A DNA stretch of 64,000 nucleotides from Diadema antillarum (lineage: Eukaryota). Positions 23,543 through 35,776 of this stretch are shown in pieces. The position numbers were made by a program, and so were the translations under genes. The notes beneath the pieces are model-generated. The model ran no database searches, was not told where the DNA came from, and saw only the letters and a program-made list of their open reading frames with translations. The stretch lies in the NCBI RefSeq assembly GCF_040938485.1, contig NW_027271546.1, positions 1-64,000 on the forward strand. The letters are read 5' to 3'. Each line of letters starts with the position of its first letter. Positions within the stretch are counted from its first letter, which is position 1.

Positions 23543-26500
23543 CTGTAATATCAACCAGTGTAAGAATAGAATTGTGGTCTTACCAAGCCATATTTGTACT
23601 CATCACAAATATAACTCGAGCCTTTCGGATCGTGCTTTTGCTGATAATGACTGTATTATGAACACACAATACAAATGTCGCAATATACAATAAAAGTGAA
23701 GAAATCAAATTGACACCATTTTCTTTTTGTTCTTCTTGTTTTTCTTCTTTTCTTCATCTCATACCCATCCTCTTCGGAAAAGCAGATTTTTTTTTAGACA
23801 CAATGCTTTAGTTAATAGTCTCAGACTGCAGTTCCCGAAATGTTTGCTGTCTTGATTAGAGGATACCAAGTAAGTTAAATTATGTAACAGTAACAACTCC
23901 TAACCATCCCTTACCAGAGCTTAATGGTTCCTGGCATGCGTTGGCGTTACATGCCTACTCTAGAGAGTTTTGTGACAACAATTATTGTGGACATGATGGA
24001 AAACCTTTCGTATATACTTAGCCATTATGATGGAAGCTCGGCCTACACGACGTACAGTGTATATATATACAGTCAAATAAACAACACAGTCACAGTTTGC
24101 AGAAAATGGATCATCCTTGCTCCGTTAAAGACTTAGAACGTATACTGAAGGCCTACATATTTTTTTTTGTTCTTCTTTGAATTGATCAAATGTAATTTAT
24201 TATTCTAAAAATTTGTTAGGCAAAGAAGCATTCAATGAGGTAAGACAGTAGCGAGCTTTAGATCGACGCTGAGGTTTATGCCCTGTTTATGACGTGCCTG
24301 GGGAACATGTTACAAAATATGAGCATAATGTTTCTTTTTAAAAGTTTGCCTAATAACCGCGTGGTTGGATCAGCATCGCAGATCTAAGGCTCACTAATAT
24401 CTGATCATTTAACCTGTACAATGATGTGATCGTGTTTAATAAGATAACCCTGTGAAAACATGTCCAAAGCATGCGGATATTTTATGATAACTTTCTTATT
24501 TTGGTCCGATTTTTATGAGATTTTCTTTGTTCTGTTTAGTTCGTTCTACCGAGGCGCTCATTGGTATTACTCTATTCATAATCAACTTCGTCGTCGAGTA
24601 GCTAACCCTCCCAACACAGAGGAATGAGTGCCCCCCCCCCCCCGGACGTTGGCATGGGGATAAATGAAGCATCAAGTTAGTGAATGTCATGCATGGTTGC
24701 AACAGATACTATTTCTCTTACCGTCATGAGACCCAGAAGGAGATCGTGAGGCAGTCTGCTCTCCAGAAATTCGTATCGCAAGGGCAGATCGCTGCGAGTG
24801 GAGTACGAGCCTACCTCTAGCGGACATGTACAGTTGATGCCGTTACCTGTGGCTTCCGGTGGACATCCCCGTGCGGCTACGTAACGGTTCATTTCTTCAC
24901 ACAAGTCTTTTCGACTGCTGCTGGTGTAGAAGGACAAAAAAGTAACAGTGTTAACATTGCTACTATTAATAATCTCCTCTGTATGCCCCTGTTATGCTTG
25001 TCGCTTTCTCATTGCTTTTTATAGTTCCACCGACAGTTGTTGTTGTTGTTGTTTTTTTGTGCTGTTCGTTATTCCGAAGGTTGGTTATTCCGAAGGTTCG
25101 TTAATCCGAAGGTTCGATAATCAGAAACACACAAATTTCCTATACCTAGAGGTTCGTTAATCCGAAAATGAAAAAGGGTTCGTTAATCCGAACATTAATA
25201 TTGTGGCTTTATTCCGAAGGTTCGTTATTCCGAAGGTTCGTTCATCCGAAAATGAAATAGGGTTCGCTATACCGAAGGCTCGTTTATCCGAAAATGAAAT
25301 GGGGTTCGTTATTCCGAAGGTTCATTAATCCGAAAATGAATTAAGGTTCGTTATTCCGAAGGTTCGTTGATCCGAAGTGATATAGGGTCCGTAACGAATC
25401 TTCGGAACAACGAGCTTTGTTTCATTTTCGGATTAACGAACCTTCGGAATAACGAACCTTAGTTCATTTTCGGATTAATGAACCTTCGGAATAACAAACC
25501 CTATTTCATTTTCGGAATAACGAACCTTCGGAATAACGAATCTTCGGACTAAAGAACCTTCGGAATAACGAGGTGTAACCGTTTTTTATGTCCTAACACT
25601 CTCTTCTCTGTCTCTCTCTAATTTCTCCACCTCTCACCATCACATCATCTCAACAAACTGTTTGCCTTAATCAAATCAATAAATCAGCAATGAAATTGAG
25701 AATTCCCTTCGAAGGGGCTTGCAATCATCTTTTCAAGCACTTCGTCACACCATGCAAGCACGATGAAAACTCTCACCAAAAAAATAAAAATGTGGTTCGA
25801 CGGTTCTTCCAACTCACCAATCCTGTCCCGCTGTGCAAGCGGATATCAAGTCAATCCAAATGTGTCCCAGCCAACCAAAGTCCATCCTGCGGGATAGCTC
25901 GATGTCAGCGGTAATTGTTTGGGAAATATTGCGCCTGACATTGACGCTGAAGTCGATGTTCATGATCCCAGGGAGGATGATCGGACGTGGAGTCAGCGAA
26001 ATTCTGTTGAATCGAATGGCTGCATTGGCTCCTTGGGAGTGTACGGAAAGTAGGTTGAGATGTGTGTGTTAAGTCTTTTCGATACAACAAATAGAGAGAT
26101 TGTTGACTTTTAGCCAAGAGGCAGCATCACTCAAAAACATTTAACTTTTTTCCATTATCTTGGTGTCTTCCTGAACCTGTTCCGAAATAATGATCATAAT
26201 TATTCAGTGAATCGATAGTGAAATATCTCTCACATATCAAAGACCTCATTGCAATGGGTACATCTCTTGAGAAAGTATTCTTTGTTTACATATCAGAAGG
26301 GAAAATTAAACTCATCTTTGATGAATCACTGGAAACTGCTTTTAATAAACAACTAATTATCTGGAACAGCTATTCTGTTTTTTTAACCACAAATCGTACA
26401 CAAAAACACAAACGACAAGGAAACTCTCAAGGACGATAAAGTGACAATCATTTTCCGTGACAACAAACAATTTCATTTCGGCACTAATATTGTCCTTGGT

Positions 26501-28131
26501 GGTTTAGAATCGAAATTGTCTATCTCCGCTACAAAAGATTTTGGAGTGATCCCTGACGTCACTCCAAAATGAGTGAAAATGAGCATTTTCACTCAAAATT
26601 CACTCCAATTTCACTCGAAATTCACTCTTTTTTGTATTCACTCTTTTTAGAGTGAAAATTTTCACTCGATTTTTTTTTTAGAGAGTAGGACCCCTCAGAT
26701 CATCGTGAATATATTCTGGGATATCGCTATGTCCTAAATGTTACATCCATGCTGTTAGGGATGTATTGAAAGTGACAGAAAGGTTGACAGGAAAGATATA
26801 CATCCAATACAATTAAGATAATTAAACGAGACTTTGAAATGACAATGAAATTGTATCATCCAATCGTATGACAGTGAAAAAAGGCCCGTAAAAGGTGTGT
26901 ATGTTGATTGAGTCAAAACGTTCAAAGTGCGGAGTTGTGTTCTTATAAATGAAATTGAAACTGGTATTTGGCATGAATTTGAACGTCTATCCAGGTGGCG
27001 AATGTAAATTTTGAGTCGTTAAATTGAATGAATTTCTCTCTAAATTGAATGAAATAAAATCTAAAAGGAATGACAAGGAATGAAATTGAATACTCAAAGA
27101 ATTAAAATGAATCTTGAGAGTACAGCAGTGACCAAAATCGCTTGAATTTGAACGCCCTGTTATTAATTGGAATGCAAATCTGATGAAATTGGGCTGGAAA
27201 ACCTATATTTTTCACTAGATTATCAGCACGGGCATCAGTATTATTAGTAATTCATTGTCATTCATAATCATCTGTATCACTTTACATAAGGCTTTATTGG
27301 TCAAACTTCATGCTTAGTATTGTTAATGGTGTGTTATACCAATCCTGCACATGATGATTTCAGTGTAGACATTTAGGTTTGGGGTTTAGACTTAATACAT
27401 GCATACCACAATTAATACCAACTGCCATTTTAAGATGTAATGATGAAGTAAAGTGGGGGTGACGAGCCCCCATTTGCAGGGGTGGAGTTTCTTAGTAATG
27501 ATCTTTGGTATTAGGCTTACAAGAAAATTACAAGTTCGGAGGAACAACCCAGGTGCTCTTAATTCCTTTTCTTTGTGTTTTTTTCTGCGTTGCTATGAAA
27601 GCACATTGTATTGCCAACTAACCCTAGCACATAATGAATAACAAGATTATAATCTTAATAAAGGGAGCTGGAGTTTGTGTGTTATAATCACAACCAGAAG
27701 ATGCTTTTGATTTGGCCTACTGAGGTTATTCCGTAGTGTTTTTCTTTCAACGTTGCTATGATATATTTCAACCCGTAAAGAAGAAAAAAAAAGCATTTGA
27801 AACTTATTGCACCATAGATGAAAATTTATTTTGAGTGTGTGTGTGTGTGTGAACAAACAGAGATTTTTTATTTCGCCTTGAAGTTCAGACTACATGTCTC
27901 ATATCTTTGTCATTGGAATTGGTCAATTATATTAGGTTTTATATACCATTTGAAAAAAAAAATGACTAAATGCAAACATAGAATCGAATCAAATGTGCAC
28001 TCACCTCCACAGTCTATGGCCTTGAAGGTAGAAAGCCCTCGAGTCGACCTGGAAGATCTTCCCGCATCGACAGCGATGAACGAAACGGTGATCGCTGCTA
28101 GGAGCAGCAACAAAGATGATTGTCCAGCCAT
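23450..28131 (-). CDS. GM2A: GM2 ganglioside activator-like (ML superfamily lipid-transfer protein), 4 coding exons, 210 aa
   Basis: Exons 28131-28005, 26031-25818, 24920-24722 and 23542-23450 splice in phase (633 nt). Signal peptide and 8 Cys. Motifs ISLTPRPIILPG, CPPE...NCTCPLEVGSYS and GRYRM...KIGCLK parallel human GM2A (LTLEPDPIVVPG, CPEP...PCHCPFKEGTYS, GNYRI...RLGCIK). Confidence 0.85.
24722..24920 (-). CDS. GM2A: GM2A-like coding exon 3
   Basis: CSSRKDLCEEM...GCPPEATGNGINCTCPLEVGSYS...LMT. Tandem CAGCAG acceptor, donor |GTAAGA. Confidence 0.85.
25064..25581. mobile_element. Foldback element built from 16-bp tandem subrepeats (TTATTCCGAAGGTTCG) that invert near 25390
   Basis: Forward units at 25064-25385, reverse-complement units (CGAACCTTCGGAATAA) at 25400-25570, terminus GAGGTGTAACCG. 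Confidence 0.75.
25818..26031 (-). CDS. GM2A: GM2A-like coding exon 2
   Basis: GANAAIRFNRISLTPRPIILPGIMNIDFSVNV...WIDLISACTAGQD. Phase 1 to 2, donor TG|GTGAGT. Confidence 0.85.
26560..26690. repeat. (TTCACTC/GAGTGAA)-rich remnant, possibly a DNA-transposon end
   Basis: Repeated TTCACTC in both orientations, ending TTTTTTAGAGAGTA. Confidence 0.45.
28005..28131 (-). CDS. GM2A: GM2A-like coding exon 1
   Basis: MAGQSSLLLLLAAITVSFIAVDAGRSSRSTRGLSTFKAIDCG, donor G|GTGAGT. Confidence 0.85.
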
Positions 28132-31129
28132 CGTGGTCCTTTGGTCTGGAAGTAATCTGTCACGGTGATAATGACCCAAATTGGAATTTCAATCATTCTA
28201 CAGTGATTTTGACAAGTATGACCAGTCACCATGAATTGTATTGGCACATCTTGATCTGCTCTTCTTCTGTACGCTTTGTTTTAGGGTGAGATTCAGACCT
28301 ATACTGACCGACCCAATGATAGACCTACAGATGAATTTAGCAGATTACATAGCGTTCATAGAAAATGCAACCGATTTTTTCGCTTCGTAAAATTTCATTT
28401 CCAGCACATTGTGATTACAACATTATACTGATGATACAACAATGCAATGACGAACAAACTATGAACAATAATACAACTTTGTACATTTCAAGACAAGTCC
28501 AGAAAAAAATGGTTGGAAATGGAGGGAACTGCTAAAAAGCAGAGCTTGTAGTCTGCAGACCCATCATAAAAAAGCGTACTTACAAAACTGATTAAACGAG
28601 GCAAAGAAGCAAGACAGACAGAGACGAAGTACACACACGAGACAGCTCCCTTGTAATGAAGGAAAGAGGAAAGGTACGTAAGCATAAAATGAATGACACA
28701 ATGGACAAAGAAAAGGGAGAGGGAAGAGGAAGCTGATGGGTCAAAACCAGGGCACGATAGGCATGAGATATAAGCTCCCCAAAATTAATAATGGAAGACT
28801 AGCCAAGTGGCCACGACCTTGATCGTTGGGATGTTGAGGCCATTAAGAATGTGTGCGTCGGTGTGTGTGGGTGGAGGGGGGGGGGCAGTTTATCTGCTGT
28901 AGGAAATGAGGCACTGTTGATTGTGCATTGGTTACGGAACCTACGCATTCTATTCCCAGAAATGAAAAACTACACTCTGATTGACTATAGCCAAAAGTCA
29001 CGCGATTAGATCAACATTACGATATTGCTGTTTTAAACAAATATTTGCAATAGTCCATAATGTAACATGCAGTAGTTCAGCATTCGATCATTTCAGTGTG
29101 CTGTTATCGTTTTCTCTATCGTGCAACTTATACCTCACGTCTACCTCCATGCTTATACCTAACTTTTGGACACTGGGACATTTTCATATCGTATCATCAT
29201 TATGCAATGATCACTGGTCCACAAAGAGCAATTCAGTCTCATGGTTCTCTTCACTTCATATTTAGGTTTATTATAATAACCAATTAACATTTCGCCCTTA
29301 CGTCTTCTTTACAAAACGAGTAATAGAGATAGGATACTGACAAATACCCTGACCTACTTTGTGGAACATCAACAATCAAGAAATTAAAACTTCATTTAGA
29401 ATTTAATATCACTGCAATCACTGCAATCTAAGAATGAGAGCTATATGATATCATCTCTTCTACCTGCAAGTGGACAAATTTCTATCGTTTTTTATCTATT
29501 ACATTTCTATCGGACATATTTCTAGCACTACAACACCATTCTTCACTGTTTGTCTATAGGATGGCCTATGCACAGGGTATCCGAGTGATAATCACGATTG
29601 GATATTATACTGAGTGAGTTAAGTCAAATAACGTTCATGATAAGCATCCTGTTTCAAAAGCTAAATCCTTTACATTTAGAGATACATTTAGACAGATCGA
29701 TTTTTTTATAGGATCATAACCATCAGTTAATCACATAATTGATAAGAACTGAGCCATGACTTCCCGTTTTAAGAGCAACTTCCCAGCAATGTATACCTAA
29801 CACCGATCTCGACACGATATATCGAAGTTTCTGAAATGAAGCTCTACGGAATGTCAAGCCGGGATTATACAACATCGATACTGTGCCAATGGATGTAATT
29901 CCATCCGTAACTTGGCAAGAGAAAGTGAAGAACGTTCGTGGAAGCACGGCACATGTTGAAGAAACACAGTTGACGTTATGGCCTTAAACTGGAACAATCC
30001 CAGCATAAATCGTCATAAACAGGTAGAGAAATGTTTGTAGAAGTGAATGTGTAAACAGAACACCTGCATCACAGACACATGCAATCCGTTTTGTGCAGCT
30101 TTGATGAGTAGGCCTATACTGAGAAGCTCAAACTTCACTCACATGCGATTATTCTCTGCATCAACTTCAGTCACGCACTAATGTTACGACTCTGAGCACA
30201 ATGACAGATTAGAGTCTAACCATGTACATCTGGCAACAATATCCTACATGATGTAGGCCTCATATGTAGTGCCATTCTGACCTGTTTGTATTCCAAAAGT
30301 CCGTAGGACTTTGTTCCACTTTTAAGGGTCATCAAGAATAGATCATAACACTTGGTTCGGTTAACAAAGTAAACAACCCATTGTGACATCACAAGAGTCA
30401 ATCAAAGTTAATCAAGACTGGACTTTCATCGCAGAAGAGTTAGATTTAGTTTTCTAATTGTTGAATTGGGACACAAGTAGCTTACCACTGCCGAAAGATC
30501 AATATCGCCTACTGATTGTTACCGTATAGCAGTTACCACATTTCAAATCAACCTTAAATGTATACTTGCGTTACACATTGCAGTAATAATCTACGCACAC
30601 GACAAACTAGTAAAATACCTACAAGAGGTTTTGGGTGGGTTGTAAATAGAACGATGGAATTCGCACCCAGTATTTTTTTTTTTTTTTTTTTATTATTCAC
30701 ACGTTGTACGAAAATAAAATCGTCAATAAATATTTTGTAGTCGTTCACTAATAAACATGTATTGTTTACAAAACAGATTACATTTACACTTGCCCTTTTC
30801 TGATTGCCACTTGTTTAAGTGAACAATTGTCCCAAGTTTGGTCACCTTATCCCTTTCTCCTCATTTTATGGTATCTGTGTTGATATTAGATGATTGATAG
30901 CACCATGCTGACAACGGAAGAACGGATCTTACAGGCCTACTCTCACTGCACCGCAGGCCGGAAAAAGACACAGCATGCATGGTGGTCAACACATAACATC
31001 TCATCCTTAGGATCGTTCTATGGGGTATATAAGTAACACAGAGACTTGAGCCTTTCCTGTTTGAAGCATTTAGAACTTACAAACCGAAGGTGTTCCTCGC
31101 TAGTAAACAAGCCTAACATAGAGGATATT

Positions 31130-31375
31130 TGAAGAGTTTGTTTGCAAAAACCGATAAGTCCATATTTGCCAAATGGAGATATTTGCAATTAAAGGTCAAG
31201 AAAAATAAAGAGAATCAGTAAGAAAATGTTTGCTTCTTTTGACCATAACTTCAAAAATGTACCTTTATATGTAGTGATCAATCCATTCAAAAGGTATTAT
31301 TTTGTACTGTATGACAGAGACCATACTTCAAAATCTTCAAAAATGGACTTATGGTTTTTGCGAACAAACTCTTCA
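31130..31375. mobile_element. Tc1/mariner-type MITE (copy 2, inverted relative to 6560-6808)
   Basis: Same TIR TGAAGAGTTTGTTTGCAAAAACCGATAAGTCCAT and the reverse-complement interior. Confidence 0.85.
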
Positions 31376-31776
31376 TTTAGAATGGAGGTAGAAATTGCAA
31401 AGTGATCCCATCCAACACCTGCCTTACAAATTTCGGAATTTTATATACTCTTATTGGAAGTCTTATCATTGAACAGATATTTTGTACTTGTCAAGACCAC
31501 TGGTTATTCATTTGGTCTCTCTGAACACAAGAACATGATTGCCTATCCAAACAGCGCTTAAGAACGGGGAAAAACGACTTACAAGGGACCCCCCCTCCCA
31601 CACAAAAACAAACAAACAAACCAGCGCCTATAACATCATTTCCCCCTGCTATCATGCCCCCAATCCACAGAAACAATTAAGCAAGCTTTTATCCAAACAT
31701 AGTAAATGAAGAGGATCATAGTCCATAATAATTATTTAGGACTACTCGTGAATGAGTTCACTCCATTCAGGCTTAC

Positions 31777-31908
31777 CTTGCAATGCCGCGGCCTTGTGGA
31801 AGTGTACACGCTGCAGGCGTCACCTTTAACCAGTCTGAAACGCGTTGTCGCACTGGCCACTTTATAACTTCCTTCAAATACGGACACACCTCTCACCGAT
31901 CACGTGAC
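31777..31908 (-). promoter_or_regulatory. Core promoter and 60-nt non-coding first exon, probably of the GM2A-like gene
   Basis: Minus strand: GTCACGTGAT (31908-31899), TATAAAG (31866-31860), Inr-like TTCAGAC with the A at 31836 (30 nt after the first T of the TATA), donor AAG|GTAAGC at 31776. Confidence 0.65.
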
Positions 31909-32266
31909 ATGAAACTTCTCTCTGACACAATAATTACTCCAGTGACTACATAATTATTAGCTTTATACAGTGATACCACAAGCGAGTAAGTCATGCCTCC
32001 TCAATCATTTTTTAAATCTTCTCACGATTTATGATAATAGGATTTCGAACAAGTGCTGTGATAGGAAAATGATCCTGAAACTTCAGACTTTTTCAATAAT
32101 ATAACGCAAATAGGGATATTGCAGGGAAATAAGCATTCTATAGCATGTAAGGACAGTCTAACTCAAAGCGCATCAATTATGGTCACCTCCCAGATATATT
32201 AATACAACATATTATAATGTGTCATGATAGTGAAATGCTAATCTAGTGATGCTTAATTTCATTTCA

Positions 32267-32413
32267 NNNNNNNNNNNNNNNNNNNNNNNNNNNNNNNNNN
32301 NNNNNNNNNNNNNNNNNNNNNNNNNNNNNNNNNNNNNNNNNNNNNNNNNNNNNNNNNNNNNNNNNNNNNNNNNNNNNNNNNNNNNNNNNNNNNNNNNNNN
32401 NNNNNNNNNNNNN
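32267..32413. other. Assembly gap (N-run)
   Basis: Run of N. Confidence 1.
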
Positions 32414-33447
32414 TAATAATTCCAATATACAATGTAAATATGCAATAATGGAACAAAACGTGGGGAGAAAATTACAATTTCTACAATAAAGTCGTCGGAT
32501 GTCAAGATAAAGACTAGTTCGAGTTGCGCAAAAGTGAAGAAGTCATTTCTGTTTCATGCACTTGATAAAAATACTATAATAATTATGTCCGGTCAAAACA
32601 AACTAACAAACAAGTAAGAACAAACAACCAAACTAACTAACTAACAAACACTTCACAGAGTAAAAGAACAAAAATGACAAAGATTCCACGAATCAGGGGG
32701 AGAAGAAACCTTTTCTCTGTCGGACATTAATAACATGATTCGTCTAGGACTTTCAAACAGAGTTTGAGAAGTGCTGCAAAAAGTTCTCGCCAATTGCTTT
32801 AACTGCATGAAACATAACATGCATACACACATTCACCCAAGCACAAGGGAAAAAAAAAAAAAGGTAAATGGGCAACTGTCATGTAGTATTTAGCGGGTAT
32901 CGTGAAATCTTGTTGTGGTGAGCTTATGTAACAAGTCATTTCCGGAAAAGAGACAAGTTTGCGTCATATAGATGTGTGATGCCCTCTTAAACACCCACTT
33001 CAACTATTTTTGTCATTAGCTGTGTTTCCCTCTATATAGGAAATTTATCACACCATGTCTTGTAAAGAGAAAAATATTACATGTTTGGTGCCCGAATCCA
33101 TATCTGGAATCATTTCTAATCATGATGTAGAATTGTGCTCATACTTGTCATAAGAGTGACTGAGTGTCAGAAAAGCGATCTAGTCAAGATTTAACTGTTT
33201 CAACTGTTTCCTCTTGTCTAAAAGGTACTTTTCAACATTATTGTCAGAATGGAAAAGAAAAAGTTTTCTGATTGGTAGTCATAGACACTATTAAATATCG
33301 CAACATTTTTTTCTAATTTTTTCTATGATGCTTTAAAGCAGGAAAATCTGTGAGTGACCGATATACGGACCGACAGAGACCGATAAGTTTCTGTGTACTG
33401 CTATACATGTAACATGGAATATATTTTATTACTATTTCAACGGGTCT

Positions 33448-33625
33448 AGGGCAATTACCCCCTGGGCAAATACCCCGGACCCTTCTTCTGGCCCTAATCC
33501 TAATCCTAATCCTAATCCTAACTATAACCCAATTTCCTAACCCTAAACCTAACCCTAACCCTAATCTTAACTCTAACCTTTTATAATACCACTAAATCAG
33601 TATTTAGGCGGGGGGTAATTGCCCT
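33448..33625. mobile_element. MITE with internal telomere-like (CCTAAT/CCCTAA)n tract
   Basis: TIR AGGGCAATTACCCC and GGGGTAATTGCCCT flanking a degenerate hexamer array. Confidence 0.65.
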
Positions 33626-34615
33626 CTCCGGCTAGCTAACTTTTGTCCGCGCCTGTATGGTACCGACAAGAGAGGGAGACATACTCGTTGAGGTTTAATC
33701 TGATCATGGGGGTCAAAGATATGGCGACCCTCACGACAAAATCTTGCACCAAAATTTAAAGGGATATTCAGTGTTTTCTAGAGGTTAGTACTTGCTGGAG
33801 GATTGTAGGCATTGCAGTTACACGTAATGCATATTTTCACTGCCTGTCATATATTTGGAACGGAAATTAACTCTGTTGATTTGTCAGAAGAAAGGAAATT
33901 AGCCCGTCTCGACCGGCAGAATACGAACTTGTTCGTAGTCATTCATAATGTACGTTGAACAATGTGTTCGATGCATGTATGAATTGTGTAGTCCCGCATG
34001 TTGCGAAAGATGCTGGTTATTTGTTTTAGTCCCGTCTTGGTTATTCGATTTGCGCTGTCAAGTCTGTCTTTGCTGTTAAGTATGCCATCAGTGATGAATA
34101 AGTGTGCATATTTGTTTGAGAACAAAGTATGTGTACTGTGAAGACACAGTGTTTTGCATGATCATACGAGTTTGGAATGAAGCACAGATTGCGGACACAT
34201 CACATGCTGTGGCGATACCATGTCCATACCATGGATGGTAATATGCTATGGAATAACTGTGCATGTGGTCAATGCCATCATACCAATGCGTATCATATCG
34301 CAAGTTTTATCATACAAATGCGACCGCGAGAGACGCCAAGCGGATTTGCATGCAGTCCATTCTTAGGCACTGCAGATCGTGACTACTAGTACTAGGTGTA
34401 TTAAAAGCGAGAGTTGATGTGTTCTAACGGTACGACGGTAGCAATGCCAATACTATAATAGATCTACATATACTAGTGTAATTATGTAGTACTACCCACC
34501 AGATATCACCATGCAGCCCATCACAGGCAGTGGTCCATATACAGTGTATGTGTAGCAACAAGATTTCCTCATTGGGATTAGCCTGGATATTGAAGAACTG
34601 GCATACTCGTGAAAT

Positions 34616-35348
34616 CAGTTCGGGAAACCCACTCACAAGGGGGGCCCCTCATAAGTAACCCGTCCCCCTTATAAGTAACCCCGTCCCCCTTAAGTAACCC
34701 CCGGGGCACCCCTTATAAGGAGTCTCCACGCTTTTTTGCAATGCAACGCGAAAATGAAGGGACTGCGGCAATTCGCTTGATTATGTCCATAAAGCTTCAC
34801 AAGTTTCGTAGTTACTCAAGAAATTTGAGCAAAATCGGTTCGAGGCATCATATCTAAAATCATGGATTTAAATGCGATGTCAAACGACCCATGCGAATGC
34901 TGAAATGCGAGCGATTACTGGCGTGAGTGTCGCCTGGTGCGGCGTGGCTTCCCACCTGAATGAACGAAAGTCTCCGTACTCAGTCGCCACGTCTGCACTC
35001 AAGCATTGCCGCGCCGCCGCGCCTGGCGACACTCACGCCAGTAATCGCTCGCATTTCAGCATTCGCATGGGTCGTTTGACATCGCATTTAAATCCATGAT
35101 TTTAGATATGATGCCTCGAACCGATTTTGCTCAAATTTCGTGAGTAACTAGGAAACTTGTGAAGCTTTATGGACATAATCAAGCGAATTGCCGCAGTCCT
35201 TTCATTTTCGCGTTGCATTGCAAAAAAGCGTGGAGACTCCTTATAAGGGGTGCCCCGGGGGTTATTTATAAACGGGACGGGGTTACTTATAAGGGGGACG
35301 GGTTACTTATAAGGAGGGGCCCCCCTTGTGAGTGGGTTTCCCGAACTG
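34616..35348. mobile_element. 733-bp foldback element with ~320-bp arms and a 4-bp AAAT TSD (Sola1-like by inference)
   Basis: AAAT|CAGTTCGGGAAACCC at the left end and GGGTTTCCCGAACTG|AAAT at the right end. Arms 34616-34934 and 35025-35348 are near-identical. Subterminal ATAAGTAACCC repeats, about 90-bp spacer. Confidence 0.85.
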
Positions 35349-35410
35349 AAATAAGCCCCGCCACTGCGTGTCCATACTAATATTACTACGGCGGCTCGCC
35401 TGTTAATGCT

Positions 35411-35776
35411 TGTGAATTCAGCCCCACCGTGTGGCGTTCATCGGTAGATAAGTACGGCGGTGGGGCTTTCTTCCACAGTATAATACACGTGAATGCGGCC
35501 CCACCAAATGGCGTTTACGCGAGATTGATAGTACAACTGGTCTATGATACAGCGGTGGGGCGATTTCCACAGCATAGCATCTTTCGTCCTCCCTTTCTCC
35601 CGTTTTTTTCCTTAGTCTTCAACTTTTTATTCTCGGAAGGACTCCCTAATGTCCGACTAATTTAACAGCCAATTTAATCATAAATACAACCCTACCTAAC
35701 CCTAAACCCTAACCCTAACCTAACTTTCCTTTCTAACGCAAGAGTGCACGCGCACAGCGGTAGGGCCAATTTCACG
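35411..35776. mobile_element. Degenerate MITE with GCCCCACC repeats and a CCCTAA tract
   Basis: Imperfect TIR TGTGAATTCAGCCCCACCG and CGGTAGGGCCAATTTCACG. Internal GCCCCACC/GGTGGGGC in both orientations. Confidence 0.5.

Noticed and set aside
25064-25581. CRISPR-like repeat-spacer appearance
   Set aside because: The intervening sequences are themselves repeated, the array inverts midway, there are no cas genes, and the context is a spliceosomal intron.
33500-33580. True telomere or telomere-addition site
   Set aside because: Short, degenerate and enclosed by TIRs.
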